Shown: positions 10,119 to 19,246 of the stretch, in pieces
How positions within the stretch are numbered: position 1 is the first letter of the stretch
How the letters are laid out: every line of letters begins with the position of its first letter
DNA from: an uncultured Chloroflexia bacterium
GTDB taxonomy: Bacteria; Chloroflexota; Dehalococcoidia; Dehalococcoidales; UBA2162
DNA: 64,000 bases
Reading direction: 5' to 3'
Assembly: GCA_963726225.1 (NCBI GenBank)
Contig: CAVSBN010000005.1
Coordinates: forward strand, 127,372 to 191,371
The notes under the pieces: generated by a model
What the model saw: the letters and a program-made list of their open reading frames with translations, nothing else
What the model was told of the DNA's origin: nothing
Database searches by the model: none
Program-made: the position numbers and the translations under genes

Positions 10119-10493
10119 ATGGATTGGTTATCTCCAATCAGAGAAGTCTTTGGATTCATTACCCCTTTCCTCGAGCGTTTACCGGTTGTCCGGGCGATAT
10201 TGGGCTTCATCCTCGTCTTCCTCCTGCCGGGATTTGTCTGGACTCTCATCTTCTTCCGTCAGACCAGTGTCCTCGAGCGAATAGCCTTTTCCTTTGGGCT
10301 GTCTATTGCCATAGTAACCCTCAGTATTCTCTTTGCCAATCTGGTGTTTGGCATGAGAATCACCGGGTTCAATTCGGTCCTGGTCATCATTGTGGTTACC
10401 ATTTTACCTGTCGCCATCTATTATCTCAATAGGCTGGTAAAGAAAAGGAAGAAAAAGGCAGCGGGAAGGGATGGGTTGCTAAACAACCTCTAG
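10119..10493 (+). CDS. small membrane protein (3 TM helices, basic C-tail)
   Basis: 124-aa ORF with a hydrophobic profile. No recognisable catalytic motif. Confidence 0.4.
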   Translation: MDWLSPIREVFGFITPFLERLPVVRAILGFILVFLLPGFVWTLIFFRQTSVLERIAFSFGLSIAIVTLSILFANLVFGMRITGFNSVLVIIVVTILPVAIYYLNRLVKKRKKKAAGRDGLLNNL

Positions 10494-10499
10494 GCAATC

Positions 10500-11729
10500 T
10501 TGAATCTGAGGAGATGGCACTTGCATGATGTACTAGTTATTGGTGGTGGGCCAACCGGAAGCCAGGTGGCCTTTCGGTTAGCCGGGCTGGGTTACAGCGT
10601 GGCGGTTGTGGAGCAGAAGACAGGGCTGGCCGGGCCGGTCTGCTGCACCGGTATCATCAGCCAGGAGTGTGCCAGCACCTTTGGCATTGAAGAGGGTGTC
10701 ATTTATCGGCGGGTAAACTGTGCCCGCATTTTTTCGCCGTCGGGGAAGCAGATTTACCTGTGGCGTCCCGAACCGCAGGCCTGCATTGTCAATCGCTCCG
10801 CCTTCGATGTGGCGCTGGTTCGCCGGGCTCAAAGCGCGGGAGCCGAGTATGTGTTGGGCAGTCAGGTCAGGGATATTGAGGTTGGCCGTGACAGCGTAAG
10901 AGTTGAGGTGACCGGGTCGGAAGGCCCCAGACTGCTGGCAGCAAAAGCCGCCGTTGTGGCTACCGGTTTTGGCTCAAAGCTGGTGGAGAAGCTGGGGCTG
11001 GGTGGATTCCGGGATTTTGTCATGGGGGCTCAGGCGGAGGTGGAAACAGTCGGGATTGAGGGAATTGAGGCCTATCTGGGGCAGGAAGTCGCCCCGGGCT
11101 TCTTCGCCTGGCTGGTGCCGACTTCTCCCAACCGGGCGCTGGTGGGCTTGTTATCACGCAAAAATCCAGGGCTTTACCTTAAAAAATTCCTGGCTTCTCT
11201 GCTGGCTCAGGGCAAAATAGCTTCGGTCGATGTCGAACTGCGCTACGGTGGGATTCCACTGAAACCCTTAGCCAGAACCTGCGGTGACCGAATATTGGTA
11301 GTGGGCACGGCGGCCGGACAGGTGAAACCAACTACCGGCGGTGGTATCTATTACGGCCTGCTGTGTGCCGATGCGGCCGCCGATACTTTGCATCAAGCGC
11401 TACAGAGTGGTAATCTGTTTAGTAGGGGTCTGGCGAGTTACGAGAGGAGGTGGAAAAGGAAGCTGGGGCAGGAATTGAGGGTCGGTTACTGGGCGCGCCA
11501 GTTTTATGAGCGCCTGAGTGATAGCCAAATTGACCGGATATTTGACATAATACAATCTAATGGCATTGTTGAGGCTTTGCTCCGGGACGAAAATCTGTCC
11601 TTCGATTGGCACGGTCGGGCGGTGTTGCGGGCGGTGGGGCATCGTGCTTTGTCCAGAGTCGTTGAAGCAATGCGAATTCCTCTACCTGAGAAAATGAAGA
11701 AGACAAGCAGTATAGGGGTTGATAAATGA
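10500..11729 (+). CDS. FAD-dependent oxidoreductase, geranylgeranyl reductase family
   Basis: VIGGGPTGS...VAVVEQ Rossmann motif and GDAAG-like VGTAAGQVKPTTGGGI. An alternative start at TTG 10521 follows GAGGAG. Confidence 0.7.
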   Translation: MNLRRWHLHDVLVIGGGPTGSQVAFRLAGLGYSVAVVEQKTGLAGPVCCTGIISQECASTFGIEEGVIYRRVNCARIFSPSGKQIYLWRPEPQACIVNRSAFDVALVRRAQSAGAEYVLGSQVRDIEVGRDSVRVEVTGSEGPRLLAAKAAVVATGFGSKLVEKLGLGGFRDFVMGAQAEVETVGIEGIEAYLGQEVAPGFFAWLVPTSPNRALVGLLSRKNPGLYLKKFLASLLAQGKIASVDVELRYGGIPLKPLARTCGDRILVVGTAAGQVKPTTGGGIYYGLLCADAAADTLHQALQSGNLFSRGLASYERRWKRKLGQELRVGYWARQFYERLSDSQIDRIFDIIQSNGIVEALLRDENLSFDWHGRAVLRAVGHRALSRVVEAMRIPLPEKMKKTSSIGVDK

Positions 11730-12529
11730 ATGACACTAATCAGGATTTGAGCTTAGGTGAAGCGGCCGCCCGTTTTCTGGCCAGTTTAGGACCTGAAGAA
11801 AGAGCGGCCATCCAGCCGGAGGTACATAAATTTGCGCGCTGGTTTGGTGCCGGGCGGCCTTTGGCCGGACTCACCGCGGCTGAAGTGGACAACTATGTTG
11901 AGCGACTATCACTGTCTGATGCTGATTACACCAAGAGGCTGGAAATGATACGGGCTTTTTTGCTTCATGCCAGGAAAGAGGGCTGGAGTAAAACTAACCT
12001 GGCAGTTCATCTTAAACCCAGAAAAGGCAAGACCAAGACTCAGCCAGCACCAAAGCGGAATGCGCCCGAGACTATCTATTTGACGCGGCAGGGTTATGCC
12101 GAGTTGCAGGTTGAGCTGGCCGAATTGAAAAATCAGCGACTTCATCTTATTGAGGAAATACGCAAAGCCGCCGCCGATAAAGACTTTCGTGAGAATGCTC
12201 CGCTCCATGCCGCCCGAGAACAACGGAGCCACATCGAGGGGCGGATTCTGGACATAGAGGCCACTTTGAAGTGTGCTGCCATCATTGATGACAAACCGGA
12301 TAATTCTCTCAAGCTAGGTATTGGCCATAGCGTTGTTTTGTGCGACCTCAACTCCGGTGAAGAGATGCGTTACACTCTGGTCAGTCCCAGGGAAGTAGAC
12401 CTGGCCAAAGGCAAGATTTCCAACGCTTCACCCATCGGCCGAGCGGTGACCGGGAAAAGCCAGGGGGAAATAGTCGAGGTCGCCGCACCGGTCGGCAGGT
12501 TGCGCTATCAGGTCAAGCAGATTGAGTAG
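11726..12529 (+). CDS. GreA/GreB-family transcript cleavage factor with about 115-aa N-terminal extension
   Basis: The C-terminal 150 aa show the Gre coiled coil (YLTRQGYAELQVELAELK...NAPLHAAREQ) and the FKBP-like domain (GKISNASPIGRAVTGKSQGEIVEV). The N-terminal part is unrelated and is followed by a Lys-rich linker. Confidence 0.7.
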   Translation: MNDTNQDLSLGEAAARFLASLGPEERAAIQPEVHKFARWFGAGRPLAGLTAAEVDNYVERLSLSDADYTKRLEMIRAFLLHARKEGWSKTNLAVHLKPRKGKTKTQPAPKRNAPETIYLTRQGYAELQVELAELKNQRLHLIEEIRKAAADKDFRENAPLHAAREQRSHIEGRILDIEATLKCAAIIDDKPDNSLKLGIGHSVVLCDLNSGEEMRYTLVSPREVDLAKGKISNASPIGRAVTGKSQGEIVEVAAPVGRLRYQVKQIE

Positions 12530-12538
12530 ATGTTCTTA

Positions 12539-12567
12539 TTGACCAGAGAGGAAAGTTTGGGTATATT
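12539..12567 (+). promoter_or_regulatory. sigma-70-type promoter of the rubrerythrin-like/suf operon
   Basis: TTGACC, 17 nt, TATATT, located 65 nt upstream of the first gene. Confidence 0.5.
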
Positions 12568-12631
12568 ATTCTTTGTATTCTCCTCTTAATCAGTATCAGC
12601 AACCCGATTCAAGTTAATCCTCTGGAGGGAG

Positions 12632-13168
12632 GTGGGGATGGCAACTGAACAGGACAAGACTGTGGCCGGACTGCAAATAGCCATTCAGATGGAAATTGAT
12701 GGCCAGGAGTTCTATCTCAAAGCCGCCAAAGAAAGCCGTAACGATTTAGGCAAAAAGCTGTTGCAGAGGCTGGCGGCGGAAGAGGACATCCACCGGCAGA
12801 AGTTTGAGCAGATATATGAGGCTATCCGTAGTAAAAAAGGGTGGCCGGTGGTTGGCTTCCAACCCGATGGTGGCCGGACGCTGAGAACGGTATTTGCCCA
12901 TGCCTTGGAAGAGGGGGGTGCTAGGTTCAAGGCTCGGGCAAGTGAGCTGGCGGCGGTAAAGACAGCCAGAGAGATGGAAGCCAAGACCTACGATTTCTAC
13001 CAGAGCCAGAGTAAAAAAGCTACCTACGACGCCGAGAGAAACTATTACGAAACCCTGGCGGGTGAAGAGCAGGAGCACAGCCTCATTCTGGCCGACTACT
13101 ACGAATACCTCCAGAACCCGGCGGGGTGGTTTGTCAAAAAAGAGCATCCCTCTCTAGATGGTAGCTAG
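12632..13168 (+). CDS. rubrerythrin/ferritin-like di-iron protein (no rubredoxin domain)
   Basis: Two E..EExxH half-sites (EIDGQEFY...AAEEDIH and EMEAKTYDFY...GEEQEH). ATG 12638 is the likely start, after GGAGGGAGG. Confidence 0.7.
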   Translation: MGMATEQDKTVAGLQIAIQMEIDGQEFYLKAAKESRNDLGKKLLQRLAAEEDIHRQKFEQIYEAIRSKKGWPVVGFQPDGGRTLRTVFAHALEEGGARFKARASELAAVKTAREMEAKTYDFYQSQSKKATYDAERNYYETLAGEEQEHSLILADYYEYLQNPAGWFVKKEHPSLDGS

Positions 13169-13197
13169 GCAAAATATGGTAGGATGGGATTGAGAAA

Positions 13198-13950
13198 ATG
13201 CTGGAGATTAAGGACCTATCCGTAGCCGTAGATGGTCGGCAGATTCTGCACAATATCAATCTGCACATTAATAGCGGCGAAACTCATGTTTTATTCGGCC
13301 CCAACGGCAGCGGCAAGACCACCCTGCTGATGGCCATCATGGGCTTCCCGAAATACCAGGTAACCGGCGGCCATATCTTTTTTGATGGTCGGGACATAAC
13401 GGCGCTGCCCCTCGATGAGCGCGCTCGACTCGGTATTGGCCTGTCTTTCCAGCGTCCCCCGGTGGTGAGAGGTGTCAAGACCCGGGACATGCTCGCCGCC
13501 TGTTTCAAGGGGCGGGACGGTGAGACCGTCATTACTCAATTGGCCGAGAAGGCCAAGCTGGCCGAATTCCTGGAGCGGGATATCAACTATGGGTTTTCCG
13601 GGGGGGAAATCAAGCGTGCGGAACTGATGCAGCTACTGGCGCAGAGACCGGCGCTGGCCTTACTGGATGAACCGGAGTCGGGGGTTGACCTGGAGAACAT
13701 CGTCTTAATCGGTGAATTAATAAATGAGCTACTGGAGAAGAACTGCCCGCGGCATCTCCGCCAGTGCCTGGGTCTAATCATTACCCACACCGGCCATATT
13801 CTGGACTATGTCAACGCCCGTACCGGCTATGTCATGTGCGATGGCACGATTGGCTGTGAGGGCGACCCTCATGAGATGCTGGCGACCATCAGAGCGCAGG
13901 GCTACGGCGAGTGTATCCGATGTTTCATGAGGCGTAAGCAAAGTGAGTGA
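13198..13950 (+). CDS. sufC: Fe-S cluster assembly ATPase SufC
   Basis: Walker A GPNGSGKTT, ABC signature FSGGEIKR, Walker B LALLDEPESGVD, plus SufC-like size. Confidence 0.9.
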   Translation: MLEIKDLSVAVDGRQILHNINLHINSGETHVLFGPNGSGKTTLLMAIMGFPKYQVTGGHIFFDGRDITALPLDERARLGIGLSFQRPPVVRGVKTRDMLAACFKGRDGETVITQLAEKAKLAEFLERDINYGFSGGEIKRAELMQLLAQRPALALLDEPESGVDLENIVLIGELINELLEKNCPRHLRQCLGLIITHTGHILDYVNARTGYVMCDGTIGCEGDPHEMLATIRAQGYGECIRCFMRRKQSE

Positions 13951-15178
13951 AGTGAAGACCTCCAAGACCTATCAAGATAAAGCCAAAGCCGTCAGAAACA
14001 AACCGGCGGCGCTGGGTGAAGATATCGATTTGAGTCAATATGTGAGCTCTGACGAAGAGCAACCCTACCAGCCTGACCCATCACAGCTTCCGGCCAAAGA
14101 CAAGAAGCAGATGCTGGAAGCGGGGATTATCCTGGACGATGTAAGCCAGAGGGCCGGGACTTTCATTCAGGTGAATAATGCGCCGGTGCACAGCTCTACC
14201 AGGCAGGAAGGCATCGAAGTCATGCCCACCAGTGAGGCCCTGGAGAAGTACAACTGGCTGGCCGATTACTGGTGGCGGGCGGTGGCCGTTGACAGCGATA
14301 AGTACACCGCCAATGTTGAGTTGAGCCAGCATGATGGCTACTTCATCCGGGCTCTCCCCGGCCAAAAGACAGTCTTCCCGGTTCAGGCCTGTCTCTATCT
14401 GGCCAGGGCCAGATTGGTGCAAAATGTGCACAATATCATCATTGCCGAAGAGGGTTCGGAACTGCATATTATCACCGGCTGTACCGCCGCCTCTCGAGAT
14501 GAGCCGGGACTGCATCTGGGGGTCTCCGAATTTTACATAAAGAAGGGCGCTAGAGTTACCTTCACTATGATACACAACTGGAATCCGGAGATTGGCGTGC
14601 GACCCCGCACCGGGGCGATTATTGAAGAAAATGGCACCTTTCTCAGCAACTATGTGATTATGAAGCCGGTGCGCTCACTGCAGATGTACCCCACCGCCCG
14701 GTGTGTTGGGGAGAACTCCGTTGTCCGTTACAATAGTGTCCTGGTGGCTACGCCGGGGTCGTCTCTGGATGTGGGCTCTCGCGTTATCCTTAATGCTCGC
14801 GGCGCCAGGACAGAGATTATCTCGCGGGCAATCACCACCGGCGGCAACATCATTGCCCGGGGTTATATTGAAGGTAATGCCCCTGAGGTCAAGGGGCATC
14901 TGGAATGTCGCGGGCTGATTTTACAGGAAACCGGCATGATTCATGCTATCCCTGAGCTTAAAGGTAATCTGGCTGGCATTGACCTCTATCACGAGGCCGC
15001 GGTGGGCAGGATTGCTGAGGAAGAGGTGGAGTATTTGATGGCGCGGGGATTGAGTCGAAGTGAGGCGACCGCCGCCATTGTCCGTGGTTTTCTGCGGGTG
15101 GATATTGAAGGTCTGCCGGCACTGCTCAGCGCTGAGTTGAAGCGAGCCATCGAAGCCAGCGAAAAGGAACTAATGTAG
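13943..15178 (+). CDS. sufB: Fe-S cluster assembly scaffold SufB/SufD family protein
   Basis: 411 aa. The C-terminal beta-helix region is typical of SufB/D (...HEAAVGRIAEEEVEYLMARGLS...). Overlaps sufC by 8 nt. Confidence 0.85.
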   Translation: MSEVKTSKTYQDKAKAVRNKPAALGEDIDLSQYVSSDEEQPYQPDPSQLPAKDKKQMLEAGIILDDVSQRAGTFIQVNNAPVHSSTRQEGIEVMPTSEALEKYNWLADYWWRAVAVDSDKYTANVELSQHDGYFIRALPGQKTVFPVQACLYLARARLVQNVHNIIIAEEGSELHIITGCTAASRDEPGLHLGVSEFYIKKGARVTFTMIHNWNPEIGVRPRTGAIIEENGTFLSNYVIMKPVRSLQMYPTARCVGENSVVRYNSVLVATPGSSLDVGSRVILNARGARTEIISRAITTGGNIIARGYIEGNAPEVKGHLECRGLILQETGMIHAIPELKGNLAGIDLYHEAAVGRIAEEEVEYLMARGLSRSEATAAIVRGFLRVDIEGLPALLSAELKRAIEASEKELM

Positions 15179-15201
15179 AATTACTTTAAGTGAGGTGGGT
15201 C

Positions 15202-15885
15202 GTGAATCTGGGAGCACTATATAAAATCGGCTATGGCATGTATGTTATCGCTTCCCGAAAGGGCGACCGATTGAACGCACAAATCGCTAATACTGTCTTC
15301 CAGATAACCTCCGAACCACCCACCATAGCCGTGAGCATCAACAAAAAGAACCTGACCCACGAGTTTATCAAAGAAAGCCGGGTCTTCAGTGCCTCAGTTC
15401 TCGGTGAAGATACGCCCCTCTCCTTCATCGGCCAATTCGGGTTTAAGTCAGGCCGGGATATCAACAAGCTAGAGGGCGTTAACTACAAAATTGGCGAGAC
15501 TAAAGCCCCGGTCATCCTGGAGAACGCCGTGTCGTACCTGGAAGTCAGGGTGAGCCAAGAAGTGGATGTGGGTACCCATACCATTTTCATCGGTGAGGTG
15601 GTGGCGGCCGATGTCCTCAGTGAAAAGGCGTGTATGACTTACGCCTACTATCATCAGGTCAAGCGGGGTAGCACACCCAAGACGGCGCCCAGCTATGTTG
15701 AGGAGAAGAAAATGCCAGCCATCAAAGCGGCCAAGTATCGCTGCACTGTCTGCGGCTACATTTACGACCCGGAGCTGGGTGACCCGGATGGCGGTATCAA
15801 GCCCAAGACACCCTTTGAGGAACTACCGGAGAGCTGGGTTTGTCCGGTGTGCGGGGCCAGCAAAAGCGAGTTTGAAAAAATATAG
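15202..15885 (+). CDS. flavin reductase-like domain fused to rubredoxin (high-molecular-weight rubredoxin type)
   Basis: N-terminal FMN-binding split-barrel pattern ([13 protein letters not shown]...) and C-terminal rubredoxin [12 protein letters not shown]...[13 protein letters not shown] 15202 after GAGGTG is preferred over 15190. Confidence 0.8.
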   Translation: MNLGALYKIGYGMYVIASRKGDRLNAQIANTVFQITSEPPTIAVSINKKNLTHEFIKESRVFSASVLGEDTPLSFIGQFGFKSGRDINKLEGVNYKIGETKAPVILENAVSYLEVRVSQEVDVGTHTIFIGEVVAADVLSEKACMTYAYYHQVKRGSTPKTAPSYVEEKKMPAIKAAKYRCTVCGYIYDPELGDPDGGIKPKTPFEELPESWVCPVCGASKSEFEKI

Positions 15886-15919
15886 TAAAATATACTTAAA
15901 AACAGGGGGGAGGAGTACA

Positions 15920-16168
15920 ATGATTAAACTGGCCAAGAAATCAAAACTGAGTCCGGAGGAAGCGGTCAAGCGGGCGGTTAAGTTCTTCGGCCCAGGCGGC
16001 TTAGGGATGACTATCAAGGAACAGAACCCTACCTGCGCCTACTTCAGGGGTGTTAGCGAAAGTTATGTTAATGTCATTACCTGCGCCGAGGGCAAGGGGA
16101 GCTCGGTGGAAGTGGAATCCCGCGAGTGGGATAAAGAGGCCAAAGAATTCATGCGTAAGATTAAGTAA
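15920..16168 (+). CDS. hypothetical 82-aa protein
   Basis: ATG 15920 follows GGGGGAGGAG. The longer track ORF (15695-) overlaps the rubredoxin gene out of frame. Confidence 0.5.
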   Translation: MIKLAKKSKLSPEEAVKRAVKFFGPGGLGMTIKEQNPTCAYFRGVSESYVNVITCAEGKGSSVEVESREWDKEAKEFMRKIK

Positions 16169-16348
16169 GGGGTAGTCTCGTTTGAGTCGGCTAGGTCCAG
16201 AAACGACTTAAACGGTGCTAGACAAAGCGGAACCCTGGTGATATTATTGAGCTAGAGTATGGTTTGCCGCGGCAAACCATAAATATTGATGGGGGTCAGT
16301 AGAACCAAATCAGGCCATCGGAAAAAATAAGTAAGTGGAGGAGGTAAA

Positions 16349-16800
16349 ATGCCAAGAAGGAGTATCCGGGTCCAGCCACCAAGGTATCCAAGGAATTACT
16401 TGACTTGCTCAACCAGGCCATCGCCAGAGAACTACAGGTAGCCATTCAGTACATGTGGCAGCATGTGCAGTGGGGTGGGGTGAAGGGCTTTGCTGTCCAG
16501 GATGAGCTGAAGTCAATCGGCATCGCGGAGATGAAACATGCGGAGGCCATTGCGGAGAGGCTCTATTATCTGGGCGGCATACCCACCACCAAGCCCACGC
16601 CCATCTTCGTCGGCACTACTCTCAAGGGGATGATTGCGCAGGATGTCAAGGACGAAGAGGGCGCCATTAAGCTCTACAAGCAGATTGTCGACAAGGCCAA
16701 AAAAGAGAAGGATGAAACTACGGCCTTCATCTTTGAGGGAATACTGGAGCAGGAAGAAGACCATCACGATACCTTCACCACGCTTCTTGAGGACCTGTAA
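16349..16800 (+). CDS. bacterioferritin/ferritin-like di-iron protein; probable 1-nt deletion just after the ATG
   Basis: QYMWQH...EMKHAEAIAERL...EEDHH ferritin-like ligand pattern. ATG 16349 follows GGAGGAGG but is one frame off from the body, whose open frame reads ..KKEYPGPATKVSKELLDLLNQAI. The first canonical start in the body frame is TTG 16405. Confidence 0.65.
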
Positions 16801-16885
16801 GAGTTTCAGTCAGAGATAGGGTATGACCTTTGGTCCCGGAAGATAGCCGACTGGTGCTCGGCTATGAGGCCTGAGGCGATTTGTG

Positions 16886-16923
16886 CAAAGAGAAGATTGG
16901 CTTTTATACCAACCTTCTCTTTG
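16886..16923. terminator. 15-bp stem hairpin between convergent genes (putative bidirectional terminator)
   Basis: CAAAGAGAAGATTGG-cttttata-CCAACCTTCTCTTTG with one mismatch. No strong U-tract on either side. Confidence 0.4.
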
Positions 16924-17011
16924 TGTTAGCCTCGACCAGCCCTGCACTACTTACAAAGAAAGCTCTACTTCTACCGCTTTCCTCAGAACCCGTTTAAGAG
17001 AAGTCATAAAT

Positions 17012-17959
17012 CTAAGTAACAGTCTCCAGCACTTCTTTCATCGCTCTCTCCATCAATCCCAAAAATGCATCATATCCTTCTAAGTTATATTTCCCTTCCA
17101 TGATAATCTTACCAATAGGCCTATCCATAATGCTGGCTATAATATACTGACCGTTCGGGTCCATTAATCTCAGTGCCCAGAGTTCCCTCTCGGTAGGTGG
17201 CTCAATTATCTTAAGTTCCTTAGCTACTTTCAAGTCCCATGGAAGACTCTTCTTAACTTCCTTTATGTCTGCCTCATCCTGCCAGGGGAATACCTCGGCT
17301 AAATACAGCTCATGCGTCTTAGGGTCGAATCGGAAAACTCCTCTGTTGGTAATCACCGCGGCTGGCCCTCCGCCAACCAGATTAGCCTTCTTTCTGGCAT
17401 CAGGACTGCCATCAAGGAAACCGGCCTCAGTCATGTAGTCAACCTTTTCTACCCACTGCCTGGGGTTAAACTCAACGGTATAAACTACTCTCCCCGCCGA
17501 TGAGGCGATATCGCCTCCGCCGCCGCTGCCATTCATCTTTATTTGTGGTCCAACTATATAACTGACATTGACATTACCAAACTTGTCCATCTGGGCAAAT
17601 CCCAGATAAGAGACATCAATAAAGCCTGACTGTTGGTCGATGAACATATCAGGAAGGCCCTGATGACACATAGCCATGGTACCCGCCGAGTTATCAGCGG
17701 GACTGACCAAGACGGAAACGCTGGGAAATCCCACATAGCCGGCCTCGGCCACCAGTATGGCATTTGGCGTATGAACCAGCTTCGCTATGGCACCGGCAAG
17801 GTCGGAAATACCAATACCAACAAACACCACCTCTCTATCTTCCACTTCCCTTGACCCGGTGCAACATACCAGCTCTGGCGGCGTATATTTCGCCTTCATT
17901 TCTTTAAGTTGCTCTGGCGTGTATTTATCTCTTGTAGTATATAAATGTCCCATTCTCAT
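17012..17959 (-). CDS. CoA-transferase, subunit B (glutaconate/3-oxoacid CoA-transferase family I)
   Basis: 315 aa with the family pattern ...VFVGIGISDLAGAIAKLVH.PNAILVAEAGYVG...GSGGGGD. Paired with subunit A upstream. Confidence 0.7.
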   Translation of the reverse strand: MRMGHLYTTRDKYTPEQLKEMKAKYTPPELVCCTGSREVEDREVVFVGIGISDLAGAIAKLVHTPNAILVAEAGYVGFPSVSVLVSPADNSAGTMAMCHQGLPDMFIDQQSGFIDVSYLGFAQMDKFGNVNVSYIVGPQIKMNGSGGGGDIASSAGRVVYTVEFNPRQWVEKVDYMTEAGFLDGSPDARKKANLVGGGPAAVITNRGVFRFDPKTHELYLAEVFPWQDEADIKEVKKSLPWDLKVAKELKIIEPPTERELWALRLMDPNGQYIIASIMDRPIGKIIMEGKYNLEGYDAFLGLMERAMKEVLETVT

Positions 17960-17987
17960 ACCTCCTTCATATTTTTATTAACAGCCC

Positions 17988-19034
17988 TCACCCCGGTATC
18001 CGGTTTAGCTTGTGCTCTGATTTGGCCAGTCTATCTATTTTTTCCCATCCCATCTTATCGCAATAGGCGAAGTGGTCCTTGGTGCCATAAATCCATTCAT
18101 CAATCCACTTCAAGGCCCCTTCACGACTCTGCCTCTGGAGTAAGAGAGCCACGAAACCTATCCAGTCCGCCATATAGCAGCCATAGACGCTTGTAGGCAG
18201 GCAATTGAAGGGAAGGTGGACAACAGCATCGGTGCAATAGGCCGGTATTACCGTCAGTGCGGGGTTTTCATATATCTTTTCGGTGGTAACCAGTTCCTCC
18301 GTAAGCAGGACTACATGCTTGGCAGCCCTGGCTTTCCAGAAATCCGTCCCTTTAAAGCCCCATATCTGACCATTGCCTCTGTGGTCTGCCCTCTGGACTG
18401 AGATGAAGGCCACATCTGGTTTATAAGCCGGGATAAGGAGGAGCGGCTTGTTCTCATAGGGGTCATTTATCACCTTGATTTCCTTATTGTATTTGGGAAT
18501 ATCAGTGCCAATTGAGGAGCGGCAGGGCATGAAGGGGACATTGAATGCCCCGGCCATGAGTCTCAATGAAATTTCAAAATTCGTCCAGTCCACTATCTTA
18601 AGCGGCGGCATATCAGATTTAATTTTGTCCTTTGGTGTGGCCAGAACGCCCCCCGCTTCAACCGGCCGCGGTAAACCTTCCTTGATACCGCGCTCTATAG
18701 CGGGCGTGCCGGAAATACCACCTACCTGGCGGGTAATACTATAGGCTATATCTATCCTGTCCAGTATGCCCAGCTCTACCAGTAAATCTATACCCTCAAG
18801 GTCTCCGCTCTCATCTATAATAGATAGATTCTTCTTTCCTTGGCGGGCAATCTCCCTGATGACTGATTCAGGCTGCCTACACATAACAAAACCACCCATA
18901 CAAAATGAATCGCCATCATGTAGAAATGTCGCCACGGCTTCCTTCTCGGTCATCACCTTATGCAATCTATGTTTGTAATCTGCTTCCTTGGCTCTCTCCT
19001 CATAATTCATTGTCTCCAGCCCCTTTATTGCCAT
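17988..19034 (-). CDS. CoA-transferase, subunit A
   Basis: KVMTEKEAVATFLHDGDSFCMGGF... is typical of subunit A. ATG 19034 follows AGGAGG. The track ORF extends to 19136. Confidence 0.7.
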   Translation of the reverse strand: MAIKGLETMNYEERAKEADYKHRLHKVMTEKEAVATFLHDGDSFCMGGFVMCRQPESVIREIARQGKKNLSIIDESGDLEGIDLLVELGILDRIDIAYSITRQVGGISGTPAIERGIKEGLPRPVEAGGVLATPKDKIKSDMPPLKIVDWTNFEISLRLMAGAFNVPFMPCRSSIGTDIPKYNKEIKVINDPYENKPLLLIPAYKPDVAFISVQRADHRGNGQIWGFKGTDFWKARAAKHVVLLTEELVTTEKIYENPALTVIPAYCTDAVVHLPFNCLPTSVYGCYMADWIGFVALLLQRQSREGALKWIDEWIYGTKDHFAYCDKMGWEKIDRLAKSEHKLNRIPG

Positions 19035-19246
19035 TTTGATACTGCCTCCTACTTCTTGATGACTGTTGAAATTGCCTTGTCTAGTTTTAGCTTCCAGCAG
19101 ACCACTCTGGGAATGTCCAGGAGAGTGGGGCAACATTTTAGCTCGTTTAGTTTAGCTCAAGTCGATGTCGTTTGCAAGCATAAGCCATAATCTAGAAGAA
19201 CCTACGGGCTGATTTTGTAGATGCTTCGGAAAGGACATCCGGATTT

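Noticed and set aside
15695-16168. 157-aa ORF overlapping the end of the rubredoxin-fusion gene.
   Set aside because: Its first 75 codons are an Arg/Ser-rich out-of-frame overlap. A strong RBS plus ATG at 15920 defines an 82-aa product instead.
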